DNA of 64,000 nt from NCBI RefSeq assembly GCF_009914755.1, contig NC_060934.1; one strand, 5' to 3'. Shown piece by piece: positions 33,532-58,758 of the stretch (its first letter is position 1; each line of letters starts with the position of its first letter). A model generated the notes under the pieces. It had not been told where the DNA came from. It saw only the letters and a list, made by a program, of their open reading frames with translations, and searched no databases. Source of the DNA: the human T2T-CHM13v2.0 reference genome, Homo sapiens. Made by a program: the position numbers and the translations under genes.

Positions 33532-33681
33532 CTCGGAGCTGACTGAATGTGGTCATGAACTTGCTGGTGAGGGACTTAAGCTCGTTGTTAGCCAGGGTGA
33601 TGAGGTGGATCTGGCCAGAGACATTCCGCAGGACCTTGTAGATGCCAATGGGAAAGGAGACCAGCTTGCACTCGGCCAGGT
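33532..33681 (-). CDS. LRRC20: LRRC20 internal coding exon (150 nt, phase 1-1): (D)LAECKLVSFPIGIYKVLRNVSGQIHLITLANNELKSLTSKFMTTFSQLR
   Basis: LRR-type peptide inside ORF 33401..33931 matches the LRRC20 protein as I recall it. Acceptor TTTGTTCTTTGGCTGCAG|AC at 33682 and donor CCGAG|GTAGGC at 33531 on the minus strand. Joins in frame to the 16834-17001 exon (G|AG = Glu). Confidence 0.95.
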
Positions 33682-33739
33682 CTGCAGCCAAAGAACAAAA
33701 ACAAACCAGAGTTATCAGCCACAGCTGCCCGAGAACTTG

Positions 33740-35300
<1,561 letters not shown>

Positions 35301-36799
35301 GTTCTAAGATTGGATTGTGGTGATAACTGCTCAACTCTGAACATAGTAAAACCACTGAATTGTACACTTTAAGTGGATGAATTGTGTGGCATGTGAATTA
35401 TACATCAATAAAGCTGATATATATACATATATAATTGTATATATTATTATATATGTGAACAGCAGCAGATAGACCCTAAAAGCATAGGGGTTCAGAAATT
35501 AGTCTGTCCAGTTCATCAAGGTGTCACTCAAGTTCCCTGAGCCTCAGTTTCCTCATCCACAGAATGAAGGTACCACCAGCTGCCTAGCAGAGCTGTTGGG
35601 AAAAATTAAATGTAGTAAAATAATGACTAACAAAGCGCCTAGAAGATACTTAGCAGGAATGCTACAAATATTGTAGCAGTCCTCCCCTTCCACTTTACCT
35701 CCTCTTGCCACTCGATCTAAAGCCTCTCTATGCTTCCAGGCCAGCTTCCATCTCATCTCTTCCAGAAGTCTTCTGGGTCACCCCTTTTGCTGGTGTCCAG
35801 TCAGCCCCCAACCTCGAACCCCAGCAGCACTCATCGAGCCTGACAGCACCACCCCATTTATCTCTCAGAAACTCTCATCTTTTCCCCAAAGAGGCCAGGC
35901 TCTCCCAGGCTTCTAAGCCTTTGACGATTGCTCCAAAATAAACATGTGAAACTCAATATTTCTATATGCCAGCAATAAAATATGGTTTTAAAAGATTCTA
36001 TTCCTAACAGCAACAATAATATGAAATACATGGAAATAATCACAATTGAAGACTTTCTCCCTCATCTGCCTCACAGAATTTCCAAGACCCAGCTCAAATG
36101 TCACCTTCTCCATGAAGCTTTCTCTGACTGTCCTAAGCAGTTAGTTGCTCCACAAGCTGAGCCTCATATAATGCGAACAAGACCTCTTCACCCTGTGTTG
36201 TATTAATCCCTTTTTGTGCTATCTTCCCAGTGGACTGGGAAGACACCCAGAGCATAGTACCAGAAGTCCAGCAGACTCATGGGTAAGGCAGGGGTTCCAG
36301 TTGACCTCACAGATGTGGTTTTGGGGGGGAAAAGGGACAGGTGGGAAAAGGGCAAAAGTACAGATGACTGAGGGTCCACAGGGCTCCTCTGCCAGGCAGC
36401 CTATAAGGGGTGTTGTTAATGCCTCCTCTGGTCCAGGGCTGCACTTGGTAACCCAGCCCTGCGGCTGCCCAGTGTCAAGCACCAGCTCTTCTATCAGCAG
36501 GTGGGGTTGGCAGGAGAGACTGCTAAATCCTGCCAGGGAGGAACAAGCTCCCAAAAGTCAGGCTTTCAGAAGAGAGAAAGCAAGGGCTGAGCTGGAAGCA
36601 AACAGGCACTGTGGGCTCAGAGTTTGGGGCAACCTGGGGATTCTAAAAAGAGTAATCGTTCCAAACAACAAGCCCTCTAGTGCTCTGTGACCGATATATT
36701 AAGGGCTGGAAAGAAGTTTTGTTGGAGTTGTTGTGAATTACACCAGTCCCTTTGGGTAGGAGTAGGCAGATCTCATCATACATCCCAGGAGCAACATCA

Positions 36800-38700
<1,901 letters not shown>

Positions 38701-38845
38701 TGTAACCTATCCAACAAATAATAGAATCATTAAAAAGAAAAGAAAGCCTTGCTAAGTTGATCAAGGGAAATGGTATCCTGCTTTAATTTGCAATATTTTC
38801 AATAATGAGACTGACTGTCTTTCATGGTTAATTAACTGTTTTTCA

Positions 38846-40925
<2,080 letters not shown>

Positions 40926-42265
40926 TCACCTCCGACACCTGCTTCTTTCTTTCACTCTCCACAAATAGCTATCGAGGCCCTCCTGTGTGCCAGGTACTGA
41001 TCTGCACAGTATCCTGTGACTTACCTATGACTTTTTTGTGTCCCCAGGGATTCCATCTGTTTTCTCCATTATGTGACCCCTCCAGTACCCACCAGAGGCC
41101 AGGATGCATGAGAGGGGTGCACCACCAAGCTCCTACCCAGAACTGCCTGGCTGCCACCAACGTCAAAGGCAATCCAGGAGTTCCACAGAAGGGCCCTGCT
41201 GGGATGTGATGCAAACACCCCTCATCCCAGCCCCATCACCAGCCACTAACACAGCACATGGACTCTCACCCCTGCTGGGAGGAGAGGTCCATGATCTCCA
41301 GAACAGTTCTCCATGGTCCCGGGACAAGAAAATGGAGATCCAGGAGCAAATATCATCCTTACACAGTCATGTTCCCATCTGTACACAAGGAGCAATATGC
41401 TGTATGCCACACACGGGGGATGGGAATAATAACAACCATAAACAACACCACTTACTATTTCACATGTGCTATGTAAGTACGAACTATCCCCTCTGCACAC
41501 AGGAGACTGTAATAAAGTGACTTGCCCCAGGTCATATAGCTAGAAGTGAGGACGGGGAGATTTGGATCCAGGTTAGGTGGATCAGGAAGCCAGGGGTCCC
41601 AACCACTCCACTCTACTGCCCCCTTGAGTCAAAAACATGCCTAGGTGCCTGGCTCTAGGCCAGGCCAGAGAAAGGGAGTATATGCTGAACTCCCCCATGG
41701 GAAACCGAGGTCTTGTCTACAAACTCCTGTAGGCCCTTCAAGTTCAGAGCCCTCAATGCCTCTGGGGAAAGGGGCCAACAGCCTTCTGCACGAGCCAGTC
41801 ACCTTCTGTTCTCTGGAAATTCCTCTGCAGGTCTAATTCAGAGGTTGGGCACCATCTATACCCATTCTACCAGTTTGCAGAAGGAAAAAGCCCCATGAGC
41901 CCCAAGTTCAATGTTGGGCCCTGAGTTTATAGGAACAGACGGCACTGCTGCCAGAGAACACAGCCAAGATGTGACTGGGGGCCAGGTCCCACTAGGGAAG
42001 GGGGGCCCCACCCAGGGAAGAGAAGATCCAGGCTGCAGACAGGAGAGAGTGGTCCTCAAAGAGCTGTGGGATGTCATCGAGAAGGTCTCATTCTCTATGG
42101 GTCCTCAGCACAGACAGTATATAGTTCACCAAGGCATAAAGAAAAGGCTCCTGGGTGAGGACGTGAGGACCGCATCAAGCAGCATGGTCAGGCAGAGTCT
42201 CCACAGAGAGAATTCCTAAACCAGCAGAGGCCAAGCTGGTGATCTCAAAGGTCCCATTCAAGTTA

Positions 42266-44178
<1,913 letters not shown>

Positions 44179-44607
44179 AGACAATCATCTGAAGAGGCTG
44201 GTCCTTTCATCCTCCCCCAGATATTCTACCTTTCAGTGAATCTGGGATGGTGCCATGAAATTTGTTTTTAACAATATCCCCAGGTGATTCTTATCAATAG
44301 GCAAACTTGGGAAACACTGAGTAACACAGCCTCCAATCTGAGGCCTGAAATCTCTCCATGTCTCCATCTGAGGTCATAGAGTTCTCCTTGAACACTGGTG
44401 ATGGGAGGGCTCCCTCCTCCTTCCATAGAATGAGTTTAACTGTTAGAGAGTTCTTTAACGAACTGTATTAATAACTGCCACCCTTCACCACTCACCAGTC
44501 CTGCTGCCCTCTCTTCTGCATGGCAATCCTTCACATAAATGATGACAAAGGACATTATAAACATTTTCTTTTTAATTATTGTAAAATACACATAACAAAA
44601 ATTTAGC

Positions 44608-45396
44608 GAGCGATATGACCAAGTTTTACGGGAAAACTCCCGTGATTTTCAATCAAACATTGCATAAGTAGCCAAGGAGCAATGAATAGCAGCAACTAGA
44701 ATCGTGGAAGCCATGCATCTATAGGCATGAGGAATGGGAGGGATGTCTAACACGTCCAGTGTGAGTTGTGGAGGGAAATGTAATTGATCGATCCTAATCA
44801 CTGACTCTTGGTCAACTTTACAGTTTCTGCAATACAAGCTTGTGATTTATGCTTACTCTCTAGTGGAAATCAGGATTGTTATGAAGACTTAAGGCTCAAT
44901 ATTTTTTAACACAATACTCATCTAGGATGTAACAGTGAAGCCGAGTAAACTACAACTGTTGAGCAAGTTCCAGCATTTCTCAAGTTAGTTATATTATAGG
45001 GTGTACTTAGTAAGCGTATTTAGGTGAAAGAAGTTGAATTATGTTAAATGTTGCCCTTTGCCACATTACATTGAACACTGGATGCATGTGGAAAGACATG
45101 CTTTTTTTTTGTAAAACTCAAGGTAGGAGCTGTGTCTAGAAACATTTTGGCATGTTTGTTAATTCTAGTTTCACTTAATAACTTGTAAGGCATGTACGTT
45201 TAAGCTTTTTCTTTTTTAAGTTAATGGGAAAAATCTGAAACGCAATACCAATACTTTAGAATTTTGGCCTTGGTGTTTGTATGAAATTCTGAGGCCTTGA
45301 TTTAAATCTTTCATTGTAGTGTGACTTCCTTTTAGGTATATTGTGCTAAGTGAAACTTGTCAAATAAATCCTCCTTTTAAAAACTGCTAAAAAAAA
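44608..45396 (+). pseudogene. 5'-truncated processed retrocopy of HNRNPH1 mRNA (last ~19 codons plus 3'UTR)
   Basis: Translates to YDQVLRENSRDFQSNIA* (HNRNPH1 ends YDQVLQENSSDFQSNIA*), stop at 44665-44667, followed by HNRNPH1-like 3'UTR, AATAAA at 45363-45368 and a short A tail. TSD AAAAATTTAGC (44597-44607) / AAAAATGTAGC (45392-45402). Confidence 0.9.
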
Positions 45397-46373
45397 TGTA
45401 GCATTTTATCAGTGGCAAGGGATTAGCAGGCAGAGCACAGAGGATTCTCAGGCGGTGAAAGTGACATGTGGCAGACACATGTCATTATACATTAATCTGA
45501 GCCTAAGGCTGTACAACACCAGGAGTGAACCCTAATGTGAACCATGGACTTTGGGTAACAATGATGCACCAACGTAGGTTCACCAATTGTAGTAAATATG
45601 CCCCTCTGGTGGGGGATGTTGATCATGGAGAAGGCAATGCCTGTTTGTGGGCAGTGGGGAGTATATTGGAAAATCTCTATTCTTAACTCTTAATTTTGCT
45701 TGTGAACCTTGTGAACCTAACACTCCCCTTTAAAAATTAAATATTTTTTAAAATGTGCCATCTTAACCATTTTTAAATGTACAGTTCAGTAGCTTTAAGT
45801 ATATTTACATTGTTGTGCAATCAACTAATCTCCAGGACTTTTGCATCTTGCGAAACGGAAACTCTTTACTTGTTAACCCCCTATTTTCCCATCCCCCAGC
45901 TGCTGGCAACCACAGAACATTATAAACTTTTTTCCAGGCAAAAACATCCCCAGAAACTTCAATCCTCATGGTTCTGGCTGCTCCCGTGAGAGGAGCAGGA
46001 CCAACCTAGCTCAGACTCTGGCCTGGCCAGAACTTTCTCCTGCACAGGTGTTGAGTCTCTAACACATAACTGCAGCCACCACTGATTGACACCAGGTGTG
46101 TTCCAGAAGCTGTGCTGGGGCTTCAGACCTTTTATTCCCTCCATTCCTCACAACCACCCTATAAATAGGTCACTACTATGCTTACCCCTGGTTAACAGTT
46201 AAGGAAACTGAGTCATGGAGAAGTCAAACAAATTGTTCTAAGTCATATGACTTATTCAAGGTCAACCAGTTAATGAAATAATAAAAAACATTTACAAAGT
46301 GCCTGCTGCTTGCAATTAGTGATCTCAGCATTGTCATGCATTAACTCAGTTAACCCCCACAACATCCCCATGA

Positions 46374-46511
<138 letters not shown>

Positions 46512-49204
46512 TGAGTAGCTGGGACTACAGGCATGCACCACCACGCCCAACTAATTTTTGTATTTTTAGTAGAGAAGGGGTTTCACCATGTTGGCCAGGC
46601 TGGTCTCGAACTCCTGACCTCAGATGATCCATGAGATGGGCACTATTATTACTATTCCTGTTGTACAGAGGAGGAATCAAGACACAGAGCCAGGAGTCTT
46701 GGTTAGTAAGCTGCTGAGCTTAAGGGTTTGCTCCTAACCACCATGCTACACTGCCTCCCTAGAATATGTAACCCGCATTCAGGACAGCCTGCCATGCTGA
46801 AACAGATTGGGAGGTGGTGGGTTTCCAATGAGCAGATAGATCTTCCATGATTTACAATGGGTTCCCTGGGAACACTAGTATATTGCAGTTCCCATGGAAC
46901 TATATAAAAGAGGACTTAGAGTTGAAAGAGCTGGTGAAAGAGTCATCAGGGTATCAACAGCCTGGATTTGTCACTTACTGTCTGTGGGACCTTGGGTCCT
47001 TATGCCCTTAGTTTTCAAATCTTGGTAAATTGCAACTGATCATCTCCAAGGCCCCTTGCAGCTGCCACTGTGGATTCTAGGACTTGGCCACAACCAGGAG
47101 CCACCTTGGGAGCTCTATAGACTCTTGATGCCTAAGTCTCTCTCCCAGAGAGTCTGATTTAATTAGTGGGGGCTGGGGCTTGGGAATGGAAGGGAGGGTA
47201 AAAGCTCCCTGGGTGACTCTAACGTGCAGCCAGGTGAACTCTGCACCATACCATCACCTCTCAAACTAAAGTGTGACACCTGGGGACACTGCCAATGTGC
47301 AGATTCTGATGCCACATGTCTAGGTGGGGCGTAAGAGTCTGCATTTCCACCCAGCAGGTCCAAGGACCACACTAAGTAGCAAGGGCTACTCCAGTGCAGT
47401 GGTTCTCCAAGGGCATCAGCATCACCCACAGCGTTAGCATCACCCCAGAACTTGTCAGAAAGGCACATTCTCAGGCACCACCCCAGTCCCACAGAATCAG
47501 AAACTCTGGGGGTAAGGCCCAGGCATCTGTGTTTTAGCTGAAGCATCACTGGCCTAGAGGGGCCAGGCCTCCTCCTGATGTAGCTGCTTCCCGTATTGAT
47601 GATGATAATGGGGTGGTAATGACAGTAACTGAGTGCTGGCTGCTCCTGCCTGCCTAAGGGCATGAGGTTTACACGCTCATGGAAATTTTTTGTGCCCTGG
47701 GTTCCTCCTGCTTCCCCTCTGAGCAGACTATTTCAGGACAGAGCAGCAGAGACAGAGTCTCTTCACCCTCTTCTCTCGCTTTGTTCATGCTTCTGGTACT
47801 CAGAGGCACACGTGACCCTCGGTGTGGAGGCCGCCCTGGGCTGTAACTCAGGAGGCCTAATTCTTATCCCAGCCCCTCCACTATCAGCCAGGGGGAGCTC
47901 AGAGACACTACTTCTTCATGGGCCTTGTCCCCTCATCTGTAAAATGAGGGTTTGGACTAGATGATTTGGGGTCTCAACCAGACCAGACATCCTCTGACTC
48001 CATGATTCTACTAAACAAAGGCTCTTCAGACAGCCCTCTGTCAAACAGGAGCCCCCCATGACTTGAGCTGCCAGTCTCTGAAATGTCACTCAATTTCCAA
48101 AGTAGGGACACACAGGATGCAGACAGCGAGCAAAACAACTGCTCATCAAGGGATCGTGCCGTGCATCACTGGGCACAATTAGGCATCACTTTAACAAAGC
48201 TGTTTGTTGTAGTGCTTACAGAGCTGGCTGGCTCTAAAAGGCTTAAGACAAAAAGCAGCCGGACTTGCTCCCTCTTGACAAATCCCCTCCCCCAGGGACA
48301 ACCACTTTCAGGTCTTTGGGGGTGTTTTACTCCCGATCTCTAGAGCAATGTTTCTGAGCCTGTTTCCTGTCTCATGCCCCTTATAGAGAAAAGGGCATGG
48401 GAGGAAGAGCTCACCGAGGACCACATACGTCCAGAAAGTCCCACCGCAATAGCACACACAGCTACTGGGCCCGGGAGGGTTGTCGGGAAGAGAAGGGCAG
48501 AAAGGCACTTCGGGAAGGTGCGTCTTCTGAGACGTGGGGAAACCACTCAACTTGAAAGTGCCAGTGGGTTTAGGGGGATTTTTTTCTTTCACTTCCTATT
48601 TCATGGACTTGTATATTGTGCAAGAGTTTTACAAGCACTTAATGACTTCTTACAAATATCTCCAGTTTAAAGAAAGGAACATCCCCAACATGCAGTGACC
48701 CTTGGGGTATGTTTTTCCTCAAACGCCCAAAAACCTGGATCAGTGGAGATGGGTGTTGATGGGGACATAGGGAACAGAGCTAAAGTCCTGCCAGGGCAAA
48801 GCTCACGGGAGCTGCTGGGGAGAGCAGCCGCACGCTCAGAGGGCTGTGTGGACACCCCTCTGACAAACGCCGCACACACGAATCCTGCATCTCAGAGGTG
48901 CCTTCTCACGTCCTGCTGCAGAAGCCCCTGCCTCTCTAGGAAATAATGTGCTACAGAGAGTTGGCCTCAGAGAAGAAAGCTGAGCATGAGGCCCTCCAGC
49001 CAGTGGCTATCATACTCAGTCAGAATAACTTCTAACCACACAAGAGACCTAGAAAGCAATATCTTCTTCTCAGAATCCAAATTGAATCCTTTCTTGGGCC
49101 AACTCTTTCTTGCTGTGGGACCTCAGGCAAGTTACTTAACTCCAATCTCAGTTTCTTCTTCAGTAAAGTGAGGACAAGAGCTCTTTCAAAAACCTGTATG
49201 CAAT

Positions 49205-50345
<1,141 letters not shown>

Positions 50346-52247
50346 AAGAAATGAGGACAACAGGATCCAACGAACAGGTGGTTCTGAGCATGAAATAAAA
50401 CGTCTGCAAGGCTCTTAGCACAGTGCCTGGCAGGTAGTTTGTGCTCAGTAAGTAAGAGATGCTGCTATGAGGATGCAAAAGTATTACTTTTATTTGAGAA
50501 TCTGACGAAGATGTGCTTCAGCTCTGTCATCCCTGGAGGAGAGAAATGACCTCTGGATTGCATTTATTCTCACAAGCCCTGGACGAGGAGACAACCGCAT
50601 GTGCTATCATGGGCTCTGGGACTTTCCAAAAAAAACCCTCCTTCCTGGCAAGCCAGTAAGGAGAAAAGAAGCCCATATTCAATTAAAATCAAAAGTAAAT
50701 CCCACACAGAATACAATCAAATGACACACAGTCAACAATTTGAGACATTAAATTATTTTGATTTCACTGATGACTCATCACAAACGTATACATACAAAAG
50801 GGAATAGAAACAGCAGCCAGGATGACACTAACAGTATGGCCACTAATGGCTCTAAAGGGACCACAGCTGGTCCGAGTGGAGGAGGCCACGTGGCCAAGCC
50901 AGACCTTGGAGAGGCTTGGGCAGGCCCTGAGGTCTTCCTGCAAGGAAAGCATCAATCAGTCCCTTTTTGCAGAGAAGGAAACAAAAGCCCAGAGAAGTTA
51001 AGAACTTGCTCAAAGCCACACACTAAGTAGGCAAAGGGTAGAGTTTGACATCTTCTTGAGAACATCGCCCTACAGAGAAAGTCCAGAAACCCGGATCTGC
51101 TGCTGCCTTTAACTCAGTGTCTTTGGGCAAGTCACTTATGGGGCCTCAACCTCCCTATCTGTGAAACACAGAAATGAACACAGCCTATGTCTCTCCAAAT
51201 GTGGGATGCACAAAACTACTCTCAAGGTTATCTTCGGGTGTGATGAGATGCCAAACAACGCAATCCACTTGGAGCAGGGCAGAGGGCGAGGGGGCAGCAG
51301 ATGGAAGCTGCGAGAGCCACACCCGCTGAACCGACACAGCACCCTGGGGATAGAGGGCTGCAGTTACCAACTGACCAGATTTCTACAGCAACTTTCTCCT
51401 CCTCGGACAATCTTTCAGGGCTTGATATAGCAAGGAATCCACCCCTGTAAGCAATGGCTTCTCAGAACAGTTGTTTGTCCTCCTGATCTCACAGATGCAT
51501 GACTGATGGGACCCAGGAAGCAGCAACAAATGTCGCCAACCAGTGCCTTGTGCACCACGTCTGCCCCAGACAGACACCACTGCCTGTCATGGCTGGCCTC
51601 AACCACCTGCCACTCCTCAAGCTCACCGACCATGCTGACTGGCTACCGCAGTCTAGAATGCCCCTCCCTCCCCTCTCTGCCCACCAGCCTAGCCCCACCT
51701 CCCCAGAAAGGGCACCCACCTCAAACCTCAGGACACTTGTCTTAGCGTGGGACCTGGACTGTTTTCTCCTGGCTGGTAGAGATCTGCAGCCTGCCTCCAG
51801 GACCCACAAGAGGTGAGCTTATGTAGGGGCACAGGCAGCCTCTGCGGACCACCCCTCGCACCCAGTACAGCACTGGGCAAACGCTCTGAACATAGTTACA
51901 CCCCTCACCATCGGGAAGCTTGGTCTCAGCATCCCACTTTGTAAAATGGGGGTACAAATTCGCTTTTAGGGAATGAAGAAAAGAATGAGCTAATATTTAT
52001 CTAGGTGTTGAGTTCAAAGCAAGAAACACACTAGTCTGCAGCAAAGTAATTATTCTACTATGGTTTTACTGCAGCCTGAAAGAAACTAGCTCTGTGATCC
52101 TGGAATCTGCCTTGACAAAGGCTGTGGCTGTATCTACACAGAAGAATCCCTCTCCCTGCCCTCCAAACCCCAGCCCCGCCCTTCCATTCGAACACCTGAA
52201 CACCACTTTCCATTACATCACTCTCCCATTCAAGAATCTCCATGCCA

Positions 52248-55170
<2,923 letters not shown>

Positions 55171-55686
55171 GCATTTAGGCTGGGCCTTAAAGTATAAGAA
55201 GGGCCCAGACACGTGAAGAACAGGGAAGAGCATCCCAGGCAAAGGGAACAGTATGTGCAAAGGCCTGTGGCTAGAAAGGCTTAATAGTTCAAAGGACTGA
55301 TAGCCTGGGCTGTAAAGATGAGGGAAGCCCCAAGCTACTCAAAGTGCAGTCAGAGAATTTTGCAAGTGTCAGGTCATCCACAGCTTTGTGGTATGATCTT
55401 GGGTTTTACTCATTGTGTAGAAGAAGCCGATGAGGGTTTAATACAGACAGAACTGCTAAAGGTCAGCGCTGGAGTCCCACATTTGACAGATGAGAACTGG
55501 GCCCTGCAATGGGGAGTTAGAGTGAGGACCAGAACCCCAGCTTCCTCATTTCTGGACCACAGCCTCCTGTAAAACAGAACTCTCATCTTTTCACCTCACC
55601 CAGCTTCACTTGGCGTGAGCCCTGTCCTGACAGAGCTGACTCCACCCAGTGCCAGGCTTGGCCCCTTACAGACATGACCTCCCAGA

Positions 55687-56632
55687 GCAGCGTGCCTCAA
55701 GGGGGGCAGTTTGCCCCCAGGGGACATTTGGAAATGTCTGGAGACAAATTTGGCTGTTACAACTGGGGGTGGAGTGAGGGCAGGGGGTGCTACTAGTGTT
55801 ATCAACTGAATGTATGTGTCACCCCAAAATTCATAGGTTAAAATCTAATCTCTAATGTGATGGCATTTGAGGTGGGGCCTTTGGGAGGTGATTAGGTCGT
55901 GAGGGTGGAGCCCCCATGGACAGGATTAGTGTCCTTATGAAAGAGACCCCCAGGCCAGTGCAGTGGTTCAAACCTGTAACACCTATAATCTCAAGATTTC
56001 GGGAGGCTGAGATGGGAGGATCACTTGAGCCCAGGAGTTCGAGACTAGTCTGGGCAAGATGGTGAGACTTATCTCTATTAAAAAAAAAAAAAATTTAAAT
56101 TAGCCAGGCATGGTGATGTGTGCCTGTAGTCCCAGCTACTCGAGAGGCTGAGTCAGGAGGATCATTGTAGCCTAAGAGTTTGAGCCACTGCACTCCAACC
56201 TGGGCAAAGGGAGGGAAGGGTGGAGGGGAGGGAAGGGGAGGGGAGGGGAGAAGAAACCCCAGAACATTCTCTCAAGGAAGGAAGGAAGGAAAAAGAGAGA
56301 GGAAGGGAGGAAGGAAGAAACCCCAGAAAAGTCTCTCCCTGGCCCCCCACCCACGGAGGACATGGTGAGAAACATCTGTTAATGAACCAGGAAGCAGACC
56401 TGCACCAAACACTGAGCCTGCCAGTGCCTTGATCTTGGACTTCCCAGCCTCCAGAATTGTGAGAAATAAATCTCTGCTGTTCATATTTTGCTATGGAAGC
56501 CTGAATGAACTAAGGCATCTTGCCTCAAGTGGGTAGAGGCTAGGATGTTGCTAAACATCTTACCAAGCACAGGACAGCTCCCCAGAACAAAGAATTATCC
56601 AGCTCAAAAACCAAAGGTGTCAAGACAGAGAA
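55687..56632. mobile_element. MER20 split by an MLT1A/MST-type MaLR LTR (~55797-56515), itself interrupted by an Alu (~55952-56210)
   Basis: MER20 halves GCCCCCAGGGGACATTTGGAAATGTCTGGAGAC and GGGTAGAGGCTAGGATGTTGCTAAACATC. MaLR motifs CCCCAAAATTCATAGG and GGACTTCCCAGCCTCCAGAATTGTGAGAAATAAAT. Confidence 0.7.
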
Positions 56633-57649
56633 GTGCCCACCCAGGGATACAAAGCCTTCCTTTCAAATAGGTGCAGAGCCCTCAAGGGAAGAAAGCCCTC
56701 CCCAGGGGGCACAGGAGAAGAGGGAGAAGGGTCTTTCTTAGCCTCCCAGGAGCCCCAATCCAGACAGAGCAAGTCTAGAGGTGGCATGCTAGGCAGAAGG
56801 CTCCAAGTCACCCCCCCACCACAGCACACCACAGAGGAGGCAGAGTTGGGAAAGGTCTGTCTCCTTACAGAGGAGCTCAGTCCCCCTGGGAGAGCAGCAC
56901 AGACCCTGCAGTGGGGACCTCCAGCCCCCTCTCCTCCCTGGCAAACTCCCACCTGCTTCCTGCGAGAGGCAGAGAGCCAAGGATGGCAGATCTGAGGCCT
57001 CAGCCCTTGTGGCAAACAAAGCCAGGCAGCCCCAGCCATCTGGGAGCTGCTGTGTGAGAACGCAGTCCCTCCCCCATGCTCTCAGAGCTGGACTGTGCCA
57101 GGCTGACCCTCAGGACTCGCCAGGCCAGGAAACATCACAGCAAAACACACTCCCCTCACCCCTACCAGATGCCGGCCTCAGCTCTGGGCCAGGAACTACA
57201 GGCCAACAAGCCCTGGTGAGGGCCAAGATCACCACCCCACCAGGCCAGAAAAGCAGCTCCCACTCCAGTCCCTGGCGGCCCCCTTTCAGTGTAAGAGTGT
57301 GCTAGAGCGATGTCTGCCTCCCCTCCAGACTGGGCACTCCCGGGCACATGCATTGCCCTCCAGGCAGGGCACACACAGCAGCTGCTCAAAGTGTGTTTTT
57401 TGAAAGAGGAGCCAGTGGCAATTTCTGAACGAAGAAAATGTTGTGATTCAGTGGGTATCTATTAAGTGTTTCCTGAGTACTCTTGTTCAGAAAAGGGGTT
57501 GCAACATCAGGTCCCTGCAGGGGTTGGACAGGAACATAAACACAAGAAGGGAGTGGAAGCCTTGGTCAGAACACCCAGCAACAGCTCACCCAGCAACAGC
57601 CTGGCCAGGTCCCTGGGCTCGGCTTCCGGTCCTTGGCTTGGCCTGTGAC

Positions 57650-57669
57650 AGGGCGCCATCTGCTGGCTA
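57650..57669 (-). promoter_or_regulatory. Candidate CTCF binding site
   Basis: Minus strand TAGCCAGCAGATGGCGCCCT matches the CTCF core CCASYAGRKGGCRC, in apparently non-repetitive, locally CpG-richer sequence. Confidence 0.65.
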
Positions 57670-58017
57670 GTACAGAAGGAAGCAAGCGCTCAGCCAAAGC
57701 GCAGGTGGGCCCGGGAGGGACGAAAGGTGGACACACCCCTCGCGCTAGCCTTGGTCTCCCTGTTTGATTCCACAGCTCCCAGCCTAGCTGCTCAGGTCCC
57801 TCCCCAGGAGCACATCACATCCATGTCCGTATTTATTCATCATCTCCCACATGCACATCCAGAACCCTGCCAGGCAATGTCCCTGCCCCACCCCGCAGCA
57901 GCCATCAGGACAGGAAGCTCCAAATTGCAAACAGTAAGCCAGTGATTCTCAAAATTCAAGGCAAAGAAGAATCAGACACAGTTCATGTTAAAATTCAGAT
58001 CACCAGGTCCTCTCTGA

Positions 58018-58347
<330 letters not shown>

Positions 58348-58758
58348 TAGAATAGGGTCCGTGGATCTGCATGCTTAACCAATAACCAAATGATCCTGAT
58401 AGGAGAAAATCTTCTTGACCTTGGGTTAGGCAAAGACTTCTCACATACAATACCAAAAGTATCATGTATAAAAGATAAAACGATAAATTAAATTTCATCA
58501 AAATTAAAAATGTGAGCCAGGCAGGTGGCATGCACTTGTAGTTCCAGCTACTCTGGAAGCTGAAATAGGAGGATCTCTTGAGCCCAGGAGTTCCAGGCTA
58601 CAGTGTGCAATGATTGTGCCTGTGAACAGCACTGCACTCCAGCCTGGGCAACATACCAAGACCCCACCTCGAAAAAACAAAACTAAAAAGAAAGAAAACC
58701 CAATGTTTTTTAATGGGCAAAAGATTCGAATAGAGATTTAATCAAAAACGAATGGATA

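Noticed and set aside
46159-46168. Perfect MEF2 motif CTATAAATAG
   Set aside because: A single 10-mer inside a MIR-like relic with no supporting context.
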